Assembly: GCA_040755455.1 (NCBI GenBank)
Contig: JBFMAY010000001.1
Coordinates: forward strand, 96,001-160,000
Length of the DNA: 64,000 bases
Source of the DNA: Thermodesulfobacteriota bacterium
GTDB taxonomy: Bacteria > Desulfobacterota > Desulfobulbia > Desulfobulbales > SURF-16
Direction of reading: 5' to 3'
A program made the position numbers and the translations under genes. This document shows, piece after piece, positions 28,017 to 40,497 of this stretch (positions are counted from its first letter, which is position 1; every line of letters starts with the position of its first letter). The notes under the pieces are model-generated. The model had not been told where the DNA came from, did not search any database, and saw only the letters and a list, made by a program, of their open reading frames with translations.

Positions 28017-30904
28017 TGCCACGACTGCGCGATATTTCCATCAGGACAAAACTTTTCCTTCTCATGGGTCTTACCGCCTTCCTGGCCTTGGCCCTGGTCG
28101 CCACAGCCCTGGTCATTTATGAAAAGAGAAACACCGGGAAATTTTATTCCAGGCAGCTTATTTCCATGGCGGATATCATTGCCCTCAACAGCGGGGCGGT
28201 TCTGGCCTTTCAGGATGAAGAGGCGGCACGGGAAATATTGAATTCCCTGGCGGCAAAGCCGGAAATCGTTCTTGCCCTGCTGCATGATCGACAGGGCAAT
28301 ATTTTCAGCAGTTACCGCAGGCCCGGGGAAAATGACAAGGAAATCATCGCCGAATTGCTCAAGGCCTATCCTGATCAAAAAAAAATCCTTGCTGAACTGG
28401 AGGCCCGGGGGGGGATCACCTTCCGGACCGCCAGAAACGTGCATGTCATCCGGCCGGTCCGCATAGGCAATAATCCGAGGGGTGGAAATGATCTGGTGGG
28501 GGCAATTCATCTGGTGGATGACATGCAGCTGGTTGACAGCCGGCTGCGTGCCTACTATGCGGTTGTTGCAGCCATTGTCGTCATCACGCTTCTTATCGTG
28601 CTTGCCCTGGCCGCCAGGCTGCAGAGACTGTTCACCGAGCCACTGCTGGAGCTGATGCAGTCCATGGCCACGGTCAGGCTGGAGAAAAATTATGCGGTGC
28701 GGGTCAGGAAGAAAAGCAACGATGAGTTCGGCTCCTTGATCGACCGGTTCAACGACATGATCACCGAGGTCCAGAACCGGGATGGAGAACTGCAGGAATA
28801 TAGTTCCGGCCTGGAGAAGATGGTAGAGACCCGCACCAGGGAGCTTTCCAGGGCAAACGAAGACCTGGCGTCATTGGTTGCCGACCTGGAGAAGGCTAAA
28901 GAGGCGGCTGAGCAGGGTAGCAAGGCCAAAAGCGAATTCCTGGCCACCATGAGCCATGAAATCCGCACGCCGATGAACGGCATACTCGGCATGACGGAAC
29001 TGTTGCGCGGCACAGGACTCAACAACCGTCAGCTCCGTTTTGTCCAGACCATCCAGCGGGCGGTTGATTCACTGATGGGGGTGATTAACGACATTCTTGA
29101 TTTCTCCAAGATCGAGGCCGGCAAGCTTGAACTGGAGAGCCACACCTTCAACCTGCGCGAACTGCTGGAGGATACGGCGGAGATGATGGCCGAGGGTGCC
29201 CATCTCAAGGGCCTTGAACTGATTCCCGTTCTTCCTGAACATTTACCCGAGGTGCTGCAGGGAGACTCAAACCGTTTGCGGCAGATTATCGTCAATCTGC
29301 TCAGCAATGCCATCAAATTCACCGAAACCGGTGAGGTGATGCTGTATGTCAAGCTGGTAAACGAAAAGAGCAATGAGGTCACTCTGCGTTTCTCGGTCCA
29401 GGATACCGGCATCGGCATCAGTCCGGAAATAAAGGAACGCATATTTGAGGCCTTTTCCCAGGCTGACAGCTCAACCACCCGTAAATACGGCGGGACCGGC
29501 CTCGGCCTGTCCATTTCCCGACGGCTGGTGAACTTGATGGGGGGGGAAATAGGGGTGGACAGTGAACCCGGCAGGGGATCTACTTTCTGGTTTACCGTTA
29601 CCTTTACCTGCCAGCAGTCCGGGGCGGGAAGCGAAGATGAGCAGCTGATGAAAAACCTGGTGGGCCTGCGGGTGCTTATCGTCGATGATAATGCCGTCAA
29701 TCGCGCCATCCTGAAAAACCAGGTAAGGTCCTGGGGCATGAGCAGCGACACGGCGGAAAATGGTGTGCTGGCCCTGGCGAAATTGCAGGAGGCGGCAGGC
29801 GCGGGCAAACCCTACGATGTCGTCCTGCTGGACTGGCATATGCCGGAGATGGACGGCATCGAGCTTACCCGACGCATCCGCCGGGATTACGTCAAGAGGG
29901 ATCTTCTCCTGGTGATGCTCAGCTCTGCGCCGTTTGATGAGGAATCGGTCAAGGCAACCGAGGCGGGGGTTGATCTTTATCTGAGCAAGCCGGTGCGGCA
30001 GAGCCTGCTTTTCAGCTGTCTCAGCTCACTGCAGGGGGAAGCTGCCGCGCCCGCCGGAGCAGGCGAGGAGCAAGGCGCAGGGCCTCTCCGTCCCGCGTCG
30101 TTGCTCGGCCGCGCCCGCATCCTGCTGGTTGAGGATAATCTGGTCAATCAGGATGTCGCCCGGGAGATGCTGCATTACATGAACTGCCAGGTGGAGGTGG
30201 CTGAAAATGGCCGGGCGGCCCTGGATGCCGCAGCACAGAAGGAATTTGATCTTATCCTCATGGATTGCCACATGCCGGAGATGGACGGCTTTACGGCAGC
30301 CGGTGAAATCCGCCGCCGGGAAGCGGAGCAAGGGGTAAAGAGTCGTGTGCCCATCATCGCCCTGACCGGTGATGTGCAGACCGGGGTCAGGGAGCAGTGT
30401 CAGGCGGCCGGCATGGACGACTTTCTGAGCAAGCCTTTTTATATGAATGATCTGCAGAATATACTGGGCAGATGGCTGGCAGGGCGCATAGTGCCGCAGG
30501 CAGCCACCACGGCCGCCGCTCCGGCCGAGGAGGCGCAGGCCAAGTCTCTTCTTGATCAGAAACGGCTTGACATGATCCGCGCCATGCAGCGGCCGGAAAG
30601 TCCATCCGTGCTCGACCGGATTATCACCATGTATAATGAGAGCTCCCCGGAGATGGTGCGCGCCATGCATGAGGCGGTAAAAAAAGGAGATGCCGAGGCG
30701 TTGCGGGAAGCGGCCCATAGTCTCAAGACCAGCAGCGCCAATCTTGGCGCCACGGAGCTGGCCTCCCTGTGCAAGGAACTGGAGGATCTGGGCGCTAGAA
30801 CGAAGATTGAGGCAGCCGGGGCATTGCTCGACCGGTTGGATGATGCCTATCAGGAGGTGATATCCGCCCTGGCCCTGGAGATGGAGAAAACAAGCGATGA
30901 GTAA
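28016..30904 (+). CDS. Unorthodox hybrid histidine kinase (periplasmic sensor-HAMP-HisKA-HATPase-REC-REC-Hpt)
   Basis: [28 protein letters not shown], two REC domains, [14 protein letters not shown]. Confidence 0.95.
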   Translation: MPRLRDISIRTKLFLLMGLTAFLALALVATALVIYEKRNTGKFYSRQLISMADIIALNSGAVLAFQDEEAAREILNSLAAKPEIVLALLHDRQGNIFSSYRRPGENDKEIIAELLKAYPDQKKILAELEARGGITFRTARNVHVIRPVRIGNNPRGGNDLVGAIHLVDDMQLVDSRLRAYYAVVAAIVVITLLIVLALAARLQRLFTEPLLELMQSMATVRLEKNYAVRVRKKSNDEFGSLIDRFNDMITEVQNRDGELQEYSSGLEKMVETRTRELSRANEDLASLVADLEKAKEAAEQGSKAKSEFLATMSHEIRTPMNGILGMTELLRGTGLNNRQLRFVQTIQRAVDSLMGVINDILDFSKIEAGKLELESHTFNLRELLEDTAEMMAEGAHLKGLELIPVLPEHLPEVLQGDSNRLRQIIVNLLSNAIKFTETGEVMLYVKLVNEKSNEVTLRFSVQDTGIGISPEIKERIFEAFSQADSSTTRKYGGTGLGLSISRRLVNLMGGEIGVDSEPGRGSTFWFTVTFTCQQSGAGSEDEQLMKNLVGLRVLIVDDNAVNRAILKNQVRSWGMSSDTAENGVLALAKLQEAAGAGKPYDVVLLDWHMPEMDGIELTRRIRRDYVKRDLLLVMLSSAPFDEESVKATEAGVDLYLSKPVRQSLLFSCLSSLQGEAAAPAGAGEEQGAGPLRPASLLGRARILLVEDNLVNQDVAREMLHYMNCQVEVAENGRAALDAAAQKEFDLILMDCHMPEMDGFTAAGEIRRREAEQGVKSRVPIIALTGDVQTGVREQCQAAGMDDFLSKPFYMNDLQNILGRWLAGRIVPQAATTAAAPAEEAQAKSLLDQKRLDMIRAMQRPESPSVLDRIITMYNESSPEMVRAMHEAVKKGDAEALREAAHSLKTSSANLGATELASLCKELEDLGARTKIEAAGALLDRLDDAYQEVISALALEMEKTSDE

Positions 30905-33032
30905 GAACAGAGCCGCCGGGGACCAGCAGGTTGTCCTCCTTGTCGATGACGACATGGCCCAGCGTCTGCTCATGCGGGAAACCCTGCGCGGCAACAGCCT
31001 GGTGGTGGAGGAGGCGGGAGACGGCAAGGAGGCCTTGGCCGTTTTTGAGCGTTGTTCCCCCGATCTTGTCCTGATGGACGTTAAAATGCCGAAGATGGAC
31101 GGATTCACCGCCTGTGCAATGATGCGCACGCTTGCCGCCGGTCAGGATGCCGTCATTGTTCTGGTCACCGGTCTTGAGGATTTTGCCTCCATCAGCAGGG
31201 CCTTTGATGTCGGCGCCACCGACTTTGTCACCAAACCGGTCAACTGGCCCCTGCTCAGCCACCGGGTGCGCTATCTGCTGCGGGCAGGCCGCGCCTTCCG
31301 TAATCTGCGGCAGAGTGAAAAACGGCTGTCCATTGCCCAGAGCATAGCCAGTCTGGGCAACTGGGACTGGAATATTGACAAGAACAGCGTTTACTGTTCC
31401 GCCCAGATGTACCGGATTTTCGGCTTTTCATCCGAGGAACCGGCGGCAACGTATACGACCTTTCTCGACCGGGTGCATCCGGATGAACGCGACTCCGTCA
31501 AGGATCTGGTGGGCAGGGCGCTGCAGGCCAAAAAACCGTACAGCATCGATTATCGCATCGTGCTGCCCGGCGGCGCCTGCCGCAACGTGCATGAACAGGC
31601 CGATGTCGTGCATGATGGGGGAGGCAATCCGGTGAGCATGCATGGCACGGTGCAGGATATCACCGAGCGGATCAATGCCGAGGAAAAGATCCGTTTCCTG
31701 GCCTATTATGATGGGCTGACCGGCCTGCCCAACCGGCAGCTGTTCCTTGAACATTTCAACCAGGCCCTGTTTGCCGCCCAGCGGGACGGCGGCAAGGTCG
31801 CCCTGCTCTATCTCGATCTTGACCGGTTCAAGCGCATTAATGATACCCTGGGGCACAGTGCCGGCGACATGCTGCTGAAGGAGATTGCCATCTGCCTGGC
31901 GGACAGCATCCGTTCCTCGGATATCGTTGCCAAGGCCTGCCTGCCCTGCAAGCCCGGTGTCACCTTGTCACGGCTGGGCGGGGACGAGTTTACCATTCTT
32001 CTCAGCAGGCTTGCCGAGGAGGAGCACGCCGGCCGGGTGGCGCAGCGTATTCTCGATCTGCTGAGTCAGCCGATCAGGATAGCCGGTCAGGAGGTCTATA
32101 TTTCTGGCAGTATCGGCATCACCCTCTATCCCAGCGATGGCGAGGATGTGGATATGCTGCTGAGGAATGCCGATGTGGCCATGTATCATGCCAAGGAGAG
32201 CGGCCGGAATTCCTTTCAGTTTTTTTCCGGGGAGATGAACCAGCGGACCATGGAAAAACTCGGCATTGAGACGGATCTGAAGAAAGCGCTGGAGAGAAAC
32301 GAGTTCCTTCTTTATTACCAGCCCCAGATAGATCTGCTGACCGGCAAGGTCGCCGGGGTGGAAGCGCTGGTGCGCTGGCAGCATCCCCGGCTGGGCATGG
32401 TGCCGCCGGCCATGTTTATTCCCATTGCCGAGGAGGCGGGATTAATAGTGGAGATCGGGCAGTGGGTGCTACTCGAGGCCTGCCGCCAGGCGGTGCAGTG
32501 GCAACAGGCCGGTTTCGCCCCGCTGCGCATGGGGGTGAATATCTCAAGCCTGCAGTTCAAGCAGCAGAGCCTGGTCTCGCTGGTGCGCCAGGTGTTACAG
32601 ACAACAGGATTTGCCGCCCGCTTCCTCGAGCTGGAACTGACGGAAAGCGCCATCATGCAGAATGTCGGTCAGGTTAATGACACCCTGGTTGAACTCAAGG
32701 AGATAGGCGTCAATCTCTCGGTGGATGATTTCGGTACCGGATACTCGTCCATGAGTTATTTGAAGAGGTTTCCCCTGGACACATTGAAAATTGATCGCAG
32801 TTTCGTCATGGATATCACCACAGACGCCAATGACGCGGCCATCATCAAGGCCATTATTGCCCTGGCGAAAAGCCTTGGGTTGAAAACCATCGCCGAGGGG
32901 GTGGAGACCGGGGCGCAGCTGGCCTTTCTGCAGGAGCAGCGCTGCGATGAGATCCAGGGATTTTTCATCAGCAGGCCTTTGCCCGGCCGGGAAGTGGAAC
33001 AATTTCTCGTTGCCGGGAAAAAATTTTGTTAG
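30897..33032 (+). CDS. REC-PAS-GGDEF-EAL c-di-GMP enzyme
   Basis: [35 protein letters not shown]. Confidence 0.95.
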   Translation: MSKNRAAGDQQVVLLVDDDMAQRLLMRETLRGNSLVVEEAGDGKEALAVFERCSPDLVLMDVKMPKMDGFTACAMMRTLAAGQDAVIVLVTGLEDFASISRAFDVGATDFVTKPVNWPLLSHRVRYLLRAGRAFRNLRQSEKRLSIAQSIASLGNWDWNIDKNSVYCSAQMYRIFGFSSEEPAATYTTFLDRVHPDERDSVKDLVGRALQAKKPYSIDYRIVLPGGACRNVHEQADVVHDGGGNPVSMHGTVQDITERINAEEKIRFLAYYDGLTGLPNRQLFLEHFNQALFAAQRDGGKVALLYLDLDRFKRINDTLGHSAGDMLLKEIAICLADSIRSSDIVAKACLPCKPGVTLSRLGGDEFTILLSRLAEEEHAGRVAQRILDLLSQPIRIAGQEVYISGSIGITLYPSDGEDVDMLLRNADVAMYHAKESGRNSFQFFSGEMNQRTMEKLGIETDLKKALERNEFLLYYQPQIDLLTGKVAGVEALVRWQHPRLGMVPPAMFIPIAEEAGLIVEIGQWVLLEACRQAVQWQQAGFAPLRMGVNISSLQFKQQSLVSLVRQVLQTTGFAARFLELELTESAIMQNVGQVNDTLVELKEIGVNLSVDDFGTGYSSMSYLKRFPLDTLKIDRSFVMDITTDANDAAIIKAIIALAKSLGLKTIAEGVETGAQLAFLQEQRCDEIQGFFISRPLPGREVEQFLVAGKKFC

Positions 33033-33227
33033 AACGGCCTACCGTAATACTGACAAGATGAAATTGTTGCTTTCTGTTCTTGAAAATTTATGGAATACGG
33101 ATAATATTTCACCGGAGAAAAACATGATGTTTGCCCCGAAATATGCTATGGTTGCCTTGATCCTGTCGGGAACGGAGGATGAGGTTTGCTTCCTGGCCGT
33201 GGATGGCCGGTGCTGAGGGAGGATGAT

Positions 33228-33446
33228 ATGAAAAAAGCAGCAGGTATCGGCATGGTTATTTTCGCGCTCATGGCGCTGGTCGCCTGTTCAACGCCCTATA
33301 GACTGATGCTCAAGGACGGTACGGTCGTCGAAATGGCCGATGAGCCGGAGTTTAACAAGGATACGGGATTTTATGAGTACCAAACGCTGGATGGCAAGGA
33401 TGTGCGGGTCAATAAGGATCAGGTTGTCGAGATCAAGGAAATGTAA
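33228..33446 (+). CDS. YgdI/YgdR-family small lipoprotein
   Basis: GGAGG RBS, lipobox LVAC, DTGFYEY, VNKDQV. Confidence 0.85.
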   Translation: MKKAAGIGMVIFALMALVACSTPYRLMLKDGTVVEMADEPEFNKDTGFYEYQTLDGKDVRVNKDQVVEIKEM

Positions 33447-33528
33447 GCTGCCCCCCTGGCATACCTGTCAGATGTAAGAGCCTGCTGGCCTGTTCCATTT
33501 TCCCGGACCGTGGCCGCAGGTTTTTTTT

Positions 33529-34179
33529 ATGAGCGAGCAGGCATCAATGAAAGCGGAAATTGACGAAGCAGATCTGGAAAATGTCATGGCATGCCCTGAT
33601 TGCGATCTGTTGCTGCGACAGATCGGCCTTGCCCGGGGACACAAAGCGGTTTGCCCCCGCTGCGGGCACATGCTTTACTCCGCCAAAAAGGATTCGGTTG
33701 ACAAGACCCTGGCCCTCTCACTTGCCGGCCTCATTCTCTATCTGCCGGCCAATTTCATGCCCCTCATGACCCTCGATACCCTGGGACTTGAGAAAAGCGC
33801 CTCCATTTATGACGGAGTTATCGCGCTGTATCAGCATAAATATGTCTTTGTCGCCATCATGGTGGTGCTGACCAGCCTGGTCTTTCCGCTGATCAAACTG
33901 TCACTGCTTTTCATGGTTTCCCTTGCCCTTAAGATGAGGTTTTTTCCCGCGGGTCTTGCCCACTTCATGCGTTGCTACCATCATCTCGACGAATGGGGGA
34001 TGCTTGAGGTGTACATGGTCGGCATCCTGGTGACGATCGTCAAGATGTATCATATGGCGCATATCCAGTACAATGCGGGTTTTTTCTGTTTTGTCGGCCT
34101 GTTGTGGGTCGCCCTCGGTTCAACCGTGGTGCTGGATGAACATCTTTTCTGGCGTCTCATCGAGCGGAAAAACAACTGA
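33529..34179 (+). CDS. pqiA: PqiA/LetA family protein, N-terminal half
   Basis: CPDCD and CPRCG Zn motifs, PANFMP, EWGMLEVYMVGILV. Confidence 0.9.
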   Translation: MSEQASMKAEIDEADLENVMACPDCDLLLRQIGLARGHKAVCPRCGHMLYSAKKDSVDKTLALSLAGLILYLPANFMPLMTLDTLGLEKSASIYDGVIALYQHKYVFVAIMVVLTSLVFPLIKLSLLFMVSLALKMRFFPAGLAHFMRCYHHLDEWGMLEVYMVGILVTIVKMYHMAHIQYNAGFFCFVGLLWVALGSTVVLDEHLFWRLIERKNN

Positions 34180-34185
34180 GTCCTC

Positions 34186-34833
34186 ATGGCAGGATCCGAG
34201 CAAGAGAAGGCCATGAGGAACGATTTTCTTACAGCCAGGGAGGCGGGACTGGCCCTGTGTCATGATTGCCATAAACTCATCCCCTGGCAGCAACGGCAAG
34301 GACGGAAAAGCCCTGCCTGCCCCCGTTGCGGGGCGGATGTTCATCTCCGTAAGCCGAACAGCATGGGCCGCACCTGGGCCCTGGTGATCACCGCGGCCAT
34401 TCTTTGTGTGCCGGCAAACGTGCTGCCGATCATGCAGGTGGATTTTTTGGGGTCCGCAGAATATTCCACCATTCTGGACGGCATCATTTATTTTTTTGAG
34501 GAAGGTTCTTACGCCATCGGCATCATCATCCTCACCGCCAGTGTGCTGGTTCCCTGTTTTAAAATCATCGGCATTGTCCTGATTCTCTTGTCAATCCATT
34601 ACCGATGGAAAAGCTGGCTCAGGCACAAGACCCTGCTGTTTCGGGTCATCGGGTTTATCGGCCGCTGGTCCATGCTCGATATTTTTGTCATTGCCCTGCT
34701 GCAGGTTCTGGTCAATTTCGACTATCTGACCTCCATCGAATCGGCGCCGGCCGCAACCTACTTCACCGGAGTGGTGTTGAGCACCATGTTTGCCGCCATT
34801 ACTTTTGATCCGCGTCTGCTGTGGGATGCGTGA
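34186..34833 (+). CDS. pqiA: PqiA/LetA family protein, C-terminal half
   Basis: CHDCH, CPRCG, PANVLPIM, GRWSMLDIFV, FDPRLLWD. Confidence 0.9.
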   Translation: MAGSEQEKAMRNDFLTAREAGLALCHDCHKLIPWQQRQGRKSPACPRCGADVHLRKPNSMGRTWALVITAAILCVPANVLPIMQVDFLGSAEYSTILDGIIYFFEEGSYAIGIIILTASVLVPCFKIIGIVLILLSIHYRWKSWLRHKTLLFRVIGFIGRWSMLDIFVIALLQVLVNFDYLTSIESAPAATYFTGVVLSTMFAAITFDPRLLWDA

Positions 34834-37534
34834 AAGGATGTTGTCAGGAATGCAGCGACCTGAGGTAAAGAGAAGAAGAGGCGTCTCGCCGATCTGGATA
34901 TTGCCCATTGTCGCCCTGTTTATCGGCGGCTGGCTGCTGTACAAGGGGATGCGCGACGCCCCGGTGCAGATTGTCGTCCACTTTGACAATGCTGAAGGGG
35001 TTACCGCGGGTAAGACCAAGGTGATGTATCGGGGCATTCCCCTGGGGATGGTGCGGGACATTACGGTGGATCCCGGCCTGCAGACCGTGGCCCTGGTCAT
35101 TGACATGGACGGCAAAACCAAAGACGGCCTGGTCGAGGATCTCAAATTCTGGATCGTCAGGCCGGAGGTGTCGGCCGGCAGGATCAGCGGGCTCGATACG
35201 GTGGTTGGCGGCAGTTACATCGAGGTGCAGAAGGGGGTAAGCACGGTTGCCTGCCGGGAATTCACGGGACTGCCCCATGCCCCGGCCGTGTCGGCAAATG
35301 CCCCGGGCCTGCATTTCAAGCTGCAGGCGGATGAGCTGGGATCGGTGCAGAGGGGAACAAAGATCTTTTTTAAGAATTTCTCCATCGGTTCGGTGCAGGG
35401 CTATACCCTTGACCAGGAGGAGGGGGTGACCATCGACGCCTATATTGAACCGCAATATTCCCATCTGGTCCGCAAGGAAACCCGGTTCTGGAACAGCAGC
35501 GGCATTACCCTGAAAGGCGATCTGGCCGGATTTAAAATCCACATGGAGAGCATGGCCTCCCTTATTTACGGCGGCATCAGCCTGTATACCCCGGAAGAGA
35601 AGAAGGACAGCACCCCTGCTGAAAACGGCGCGGTATATTACTTATACCGGGATTTTGACGAGGCGGACTACGGTATCAAAATGACCCTGCAGCTGCCCTC
35701 GGCCATGGGGCTTGCCGCCGGTTCCTCCAAGGTGATGTACCGCGGGTTTGAGAGCGGCGTTGTCAAAAGTCTCACCTTCAACCAGGATGAGAAGCATAGT
35801 GTCACCGCCCATATTCTCATGGAGCCCCAGGCGGAGTTTGTCCTGCGGCAAGAGACGAAATTCTGGGTGGTCAAGCCGCAGCTGTCGGTCAACCGGGTGG
35901 AAAATCTTGAGACCCTGGTAAAGGGTTCCTACATTTCCTTCAAGCCCGGCGGCGGGGCATTCTGTGATCATTTCATCGTGCAGCAACAGCCGAATTCCGA
36001 GGAGATTCTGGAGCCAGGGCGCAGGTTTACCCTTGTTGCCGATAACTCCCGCTCCTTTTCCCTGGGCGCCCCGGTGCTTTTCCGCAAGATGCCGGTGGGG
36101 GAGATAACGGGCTTTGATCTTGCCCCGGACGGCAACCATGTGCAGGCCCAGATCTTTATTCAGGAAAAGTATGCCGATCTGGTCAGAACCGATTCCGTTT
36201 TCTGGAAGGTCGGCGGCATGCGGGTCGATGCCGGCCTGGACGGCATCAAGATGGAAACCGAGACGGTTACCGCCATTCTTGCCGGCGGCGTGGCGTTCGC
36301 CGGCAGGGATCTGGACAACAGGAAGTCCACGGCCCCGGCGGCACAACAGCATGCCACCTTCACCGTGTTTGACAGTTACCGTGAGGCCACCGAGGCCATT
36401 GCCTCGCTGAAACCCAAGGGGATCATCGTCCAGATCAAGGCGGAGAGTCTCAAGTCAGTGTCAATCGGCTCTCCCGTTTTATTCAAACAGATTGAGGTGG
36501 GAGAGATTGCCGGATTCAGGCTTGATGAAAAAAAACAGGATATTGTGCTTGATGCCTTTATTGCCGATAAATATGCCCATCTGGTCAAAAAAACGAGCAG
36601 ATTTTACAATGTGAGCGGCATCAGCGTGGATGGCGGTCTTGCCGGCATCCAGGTGAAAACGGATTCGCTCAAGAGCATTGTCGCCGGCGGCATCGCCTTT
36701 TATAACCCGACTGACAGCGAGCCGGCGGCACCGGATCACCTCTTTCCCCTCTATGACGATTATCAGAGCGCCGAGGGTGCCGACAAGGGCCGGGTGACCC
36801 TGCATTTTGCCAGAGCCAACGGGCTCAGGAAGGGGGTTGAAATCAGATATCAGGGTATCAGTGTCGGCACGGTCAAAGAGGTGCGGTACGGGCCGGACAT
36901 GCAGTCCGTGTTGGCCGAGGCGGTGATTGACCGGGGGGCGGAAAGACTTTTCCGTCAGGACACCCTGGTCTGGCTGGTCAGCCCTGAGGTGAGTCTTTCC
37001 GGGGTGAGCAACCTCGACACGGTGATCATGGGTCCTTACATTGCCCTGACCCCCGGCGATGGCGAGGCGGCGTCCGAGCTGACCGCCCTGGACGCGCCCC
37101 CGGCCAGGGAGCGGAGCAGCGGGGGGCTTGATGTTGTGCTGGAAACCGCTCTGCTCGGTTCCCTGAAAAAAGATTCCCCGGTGTATTACCGGCAGGTTGC
37201 CGTCGGCCATGTCACCGGGGCGGAGCTCGCGCCGAACTCCCGCCAGGTCTGGGTCTATGTCAATATCCATCCGCCCTATGACGCCCTGATCCATGAACAT
37301 ACCATGTTCTGGAATGTCAGCGGCATCAAAGTGGACGCAGGCATCTTTTCCGGGGTCCGGATTGATACGGCATCCGTTGAGGCCATCGTTGCCGGGGGGA
37401 TCGGCCTGGCCACGCCGGAAGGGGAGGCGATGGGCGGCGCCGCGGCGCCGGGCAGCCATTTTATTCTGCATGACAGGGCTGATGCCAGCTGGCTTGGCTG
37501 GCAACCGGCCATTGAGCTGCGCCATGCAAGATAA
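34826..37534 (+). CDS. letB: Multi-MCE lipid transport protein with 7 MCE domains (LetB/YebT type)
   Basis: SPIWILPIVAL; seven G..V.Y/F....VG.V repeats, several followed by FW. Start may instead be 34838 or 34850. Confidence 0.85.
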   Translation: MRERMLSGMQRPEVKRRRGVSPIWILPIVALFIGGWLLYKGMRDAPVQIVVHFDNAEGVTAGKTKVMYRGIPLGMVRDITVDPGLQTVALVIDMDGKTKDGLVEDLKFWIVRPEVSAGRISGLDTVVGGSYIEVQKGVSTVACREFTGLPHAPAVSANAPGLHFKLQADELGSVQRGTKIFFKNFSIGSVQGYTLDQEEGVTIDAYIEPQYSHLVRKETRFWNSSGITLKGDLAGFKIHMESMASLIYGGISLYTPEEKKDSTPAENGAVYYLYRDFDEADYGIKMTLQLPSAMGLAAGSSKVMYRGFESGVVKSLTFNQDEKHSVTAHILMEPQAEFVLRQETKFWVVKPQLSVNRVENLETLVKGSYISFKPGGGAFCDHFIVQQQPNSEEILEPGRRFTLVADNSRSFSLGAPVLFRKMPVGEITGFDLAPDGNHVQAQIFIQEKYADLVRTDSVFWKVGGMRVDAGLDGIKMETETVTAILAGGVAFAGRDLDNRKSTAPAAQQHATFTVFDSYREATEAIASLKPKGIIVQIKAESLKSVSIGSPVLFKQIEVGEIAGFRLDEKKQDIVLDAFIADKYAHLVKKTSRFYNVSGISVDGGLAGIQVKTDSLKSIVAGGIAFYNPTDSEPAAPDHLFPLYDDYQSAEGADKGRVTLHFARANGLRKGVEIRYQGISVGTVKEVRYGPDMQSVLAEAVIDRGAERLFRQDTLVWLVSPEVSLSGVSNLDTVIMGPYIALTPGDGEAASELTALDAPPARERSSGGLDVVLETALLGSLKKDSPVYYRQVAVGHVTGAELAPNSRQVWVYVNIHPPYDALIHEHTMFWNVSGIKVDAGIFSGVRIDTASVEAIVAGGIGLATPEGEAMGGAAAPGSHFILHDRADASWLGWQPAIELRHAR

Positions 37535-37601
37535 TGCGGTACTTTTCATGTTTTTTGTGTCACAATGTCGTGGTATCAGTGATTAACCTCATGCCGATCA
37601 T

Positions 37602-40325
37602 ATGAATGAACGACAGAAAATAATAGCCATTTTCAGCTTGACGATCTTTCTGCTCATCTCCCTGGTTGTCGGAGGAAGTATCTATTTCCTCTACAAAACG
37701 GCGGTGCGGGAACAGGGCGCCAGATTGTTGGAAATGACCATCAGCCGGGCGAATTTGCTTGAAGCCCTTATCATAGATGCGGACGCCCATTCCTTCCGTA
37801 ACCACCAGGCCGACGGTTTTGATAAAAATAAATTTCTGCTGGACCTGACCCGGCATGCGGCCGAGATTGCCGAACAGTCTGACCGCATGGCCTCTTTTTT
37901 CCCCGGCGGCAACGAGGGGAGAAGCGCGTCCCTGGAGTTTGTTATTGCCCGCCGGGTTGATGACAGGGTTTTTTTCACCAATTCCCGCGGCAAGGAGATG
38001 GAGCCGGTTCCCTTTGCCTCACTCAGCCATAAACCCATCGGCCAGGCCATCTCAGGCCAAACCGGGGTCAAGCAGGTCACCGATCACCTGGGGGTGCCGG
38101 TGCTGGTGGCCTTCACCCATATTGCCGGAACCGACTGGGGGCTGGCCGCCAAAATCGCCATTGATGATATGCAATCCGCTTTTGTTAGAGCGAGCTATTT
38201 ATCCGTCGGCGTCGCCCTGCTGCTTCTGCTGGTCGGGATAGCCGTGCTACGGACCATCGTCAATCCGCTTATCCGCAGTCTCGAATCGGCCAGGGACGAG
38301 GCGGCAGCCGCCAATCGCACCAAAAGTGAATTCCTGGCCAATATCAGCCATGAAATCAGGACGCCGATGAACGGCATCATCGGCATGACCGATCTTGCCC
38401 TGGAGACCGAGCTGAGCGAGGAACAGCGCTCATATCTCAATACCGTGCAGAGTTCGGCCAGGAACCTGCTCGGTCTGCTCAATGATATTCTCGATTTTTC
38501 CAAGATTGAGGCAGGACAGCTCGAAATGGAAATCCTGCCCTTTGACCTGCGTGAAACCATTGAGACCTGTGTGCAGACATTTGCCCCGCAGGCCCACGAA
38601 AAGGGGGTCGAGCTCTTTTCCTATCTGCCGGCGGATCTGCCGGTGAATATCATCGGTGATCAGCTGCGGCTCAGTCAGATTCTCTTTAATCTGGTTGGCA
38701 ATGCGGTGAAATTTACCCGGCAGGGGGAGATCGTCGTCCGGGTCGAGCGGGCGGAAGCCGATGCAGCGGATGATAATATGCTGCTTTTTCATTTTTCGGT
38801 TTCAGACACCGGCATCGGCATCCCGGTTGACAAGCAGGCAATGATCTTTGATGCCTTCAGCCAGGCGGACAGTTCGGTGGCGCGGCTGCATGGCGGCACC
38901 GGACTGGGCCTTTCCATTGCAAGAAAACTGGTGGAGATGATGGGCGGCAGGATCTGGGTTGAAAGCCCCCCCGGCGCCGGCAGCGTTTTTCGTTTCACCG
39001 CCCGTTTCCGCCGGGGCGTTGCCGGCGAGGAGCAGGCGGGGTTCCAAGTTGATACGGCGCAGCTCCCGGTGCTGGTGGTGGATGACAACCAGACAAATCG
39101 TTATATCCTCAGGGAGCTGTTATGCGGCTGGCATTTCCCCGTGACTGAGGCGGTTTCGGCCGAGGAGGCGGGGCAAGAGGTGGACCGGGCAAACCGGGGT
39201 TCCCGCCCATACCGGCTGCTGATTGTCGATTACCGCATGGCCGGGCTCAACGGGCTTGAGCTGGCGGAACAACTTACCGGCAAGCTGGGGGAGGCCATGA
39301 TGCCTTTTATTCTTCTTTCTTCCTCAGTGGAGAGAGGGGTTGCCAGGCGGTGCCAGGAGCTTGATAAATGCTTTTTCCTGATGAAGCCATTTAAAAAGGA
39401 TGAACTGGCCCGCTGCATACGCTTTGCCGTCAGCGGCCGGCAACCGGCAGACAGCAGGGAGAGGACAAAGATTCTTGACCCTGCCGCCGCGGAGGTCAAC
39501 ATTCTGCTGGTGGAGGATCACCGAATCAACCGGGAACTGGCCGGAATTCTCCTGGCCAAGAAAGGGTACCGGGTGCTTGAGGCCGACAACGGGGTTGAGG
39601 CGCTCCGTCTTCTCGCGGCGCACCGCATCGATCTCGTGCTGATGGATGTGCAGATGCCGTTGCTGGACGGATTTTCCGCCACCAGGATTGTCCGTCTCTG
39701 TGAAGAGAGAAAACTGGATGAGGCCCGGCAGCTTTACCCTTGCCTTGCCGAAAGGGAAAATGCCGGCCTGCCGGAGAAAATCTGCGCGGTCTATGGCGGT
39801 GGTCACCTGCCGGTGGTGGCCATGACCGCCCATGCCATGCAGCAGGACCGGCAGCAGTGTCTTGCGATGGGTATGGATGACTATCTGACCAAGCCGTTCA
39901 ATGCCGCGGCTCTTTATGCGGTGATCGACAAATTGATCGGCGCCGGCCCCGGCGGGCGGCAGGAGGTCGCAGCATCACCGCCGCAGGTCCTGCCGTCCGC
40001 CGCCTCTATGCTTGCGGCCATCGAGCACAAACTGCAGCAACAGTATCAGTTGAAGCCGGAAAAGATCAGGGATATTGTCAGCATCACGTTGAAAAGTCTG
40101 CAGGATCATCTTGAGGAGGCGGAAAGGGCGGAGGCCGCCGGCGATCTGGCCACGCTCAATTTCGCGGCCCACGGCATGAAAGGCATTCTCCTGAATTTTT
40201 CCCTGGATGACCTGGCCCGCTTGGCAAACCAGGTGGAAAAGGCCGCCATGCACAAGGAAGAGGCGCCGTTCAAGGAGATGCTGGCCGAGCTGCGCAGGAA
40301 TCTGGAGGTATTTTTTGTCGTATGA
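37602..40325 (+). CDS. Unorthodox hybrid histidine kinase (2 TM/Cache-HisKA-HATPase-REC-REC-Hpt)
   Basis: [35 protein letters not shown]. Confidence 0.93.
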   Translation: MNERQKIIAIFSLTIFLLISLVVGGSIYFLYKTAVREQGARLLEMTISRANLLEALIIDADAHSFRNHQADGFDKNKFLLDLTRHAAEIAEQSDRMASFFPGGNEGRSASLEFVIARRVDDRVFFTNSRGKEMEPVPFASLSHKPIGQAISGQTGVKQVTDHLGVPVLVAFTHIAGTDWGLAAKIAIDDMQSAFVRASYLSVGVALLLLLVGIAVLRTIVNPLIRSLESARDEAAAANRTKSEFLANISHEIRTPMNGIIGMTDLALETELSEEQRSYLNTVQSSARNLLGLLNDILDFSKIEAGQLEMEILPFDLRETIETCVQTFAPQAHEKGVELFSYLPADLPVNIIGDQLRLSQILFNLVGNAVKFTRQGEIVVRVERAEADAADDNMLLFHFSVSDTGIGIPVDKQAMIFDAFSQADSSVARLHGGTGLGLSIARKLVEMMGGRIWVESPPGAGSVFRFTARFRRGVAGEEQAGFQVDTAQLPVLVVDDNQTNRYILRELLCGWHFPVTEAVSAEEAGQEVDRANRGSRPYRLLIVDYRMAGLNGLELAEQLTGKLGEAMMPFILLSSSVERGVARRCQELDKCFFLMKPFKKDELARCIRFAVSGRQPADSRERTKILDPAAAEVNILLVEDHRINRELAGILLAKKGYRVLEADNGVEALRLLAAHRIDLVLMDVQMPLLDGFSATRIVRLCEERKLDEARQLYPCLAERENAGLPEKICAVYGGGHLPVVAMTAHAMQQDRQQCLAMGMDDYLTKPFNAAALYAVIDKLIGAGPGGRQEVAASPPQVLPSAASMLAAIEHKLQQQYQLKPEKIRDIVSITLKSLQDHLEEAERAEAAGDLATLNFAAHGMKGILLNFSLDDLARLANQVEKAAMHKEEAPFKEMLAELRRNLEVFFVV

Positions 40326-40497
40326 GTTGAAATGAACCATGAAAAGGTCTTTGATTGTGGTGATATTGGGAGTCTTGCGATACCAGAGCAACAAAGCTTT
40401 GCATTCATGAGACTTAACAGTATTTCCCGGCATGCGCACCCGATGCATTGACAGTGTTGTTTGTTTTAACCAGGCGGAAAGGAGAGAGTTTCCCTTT

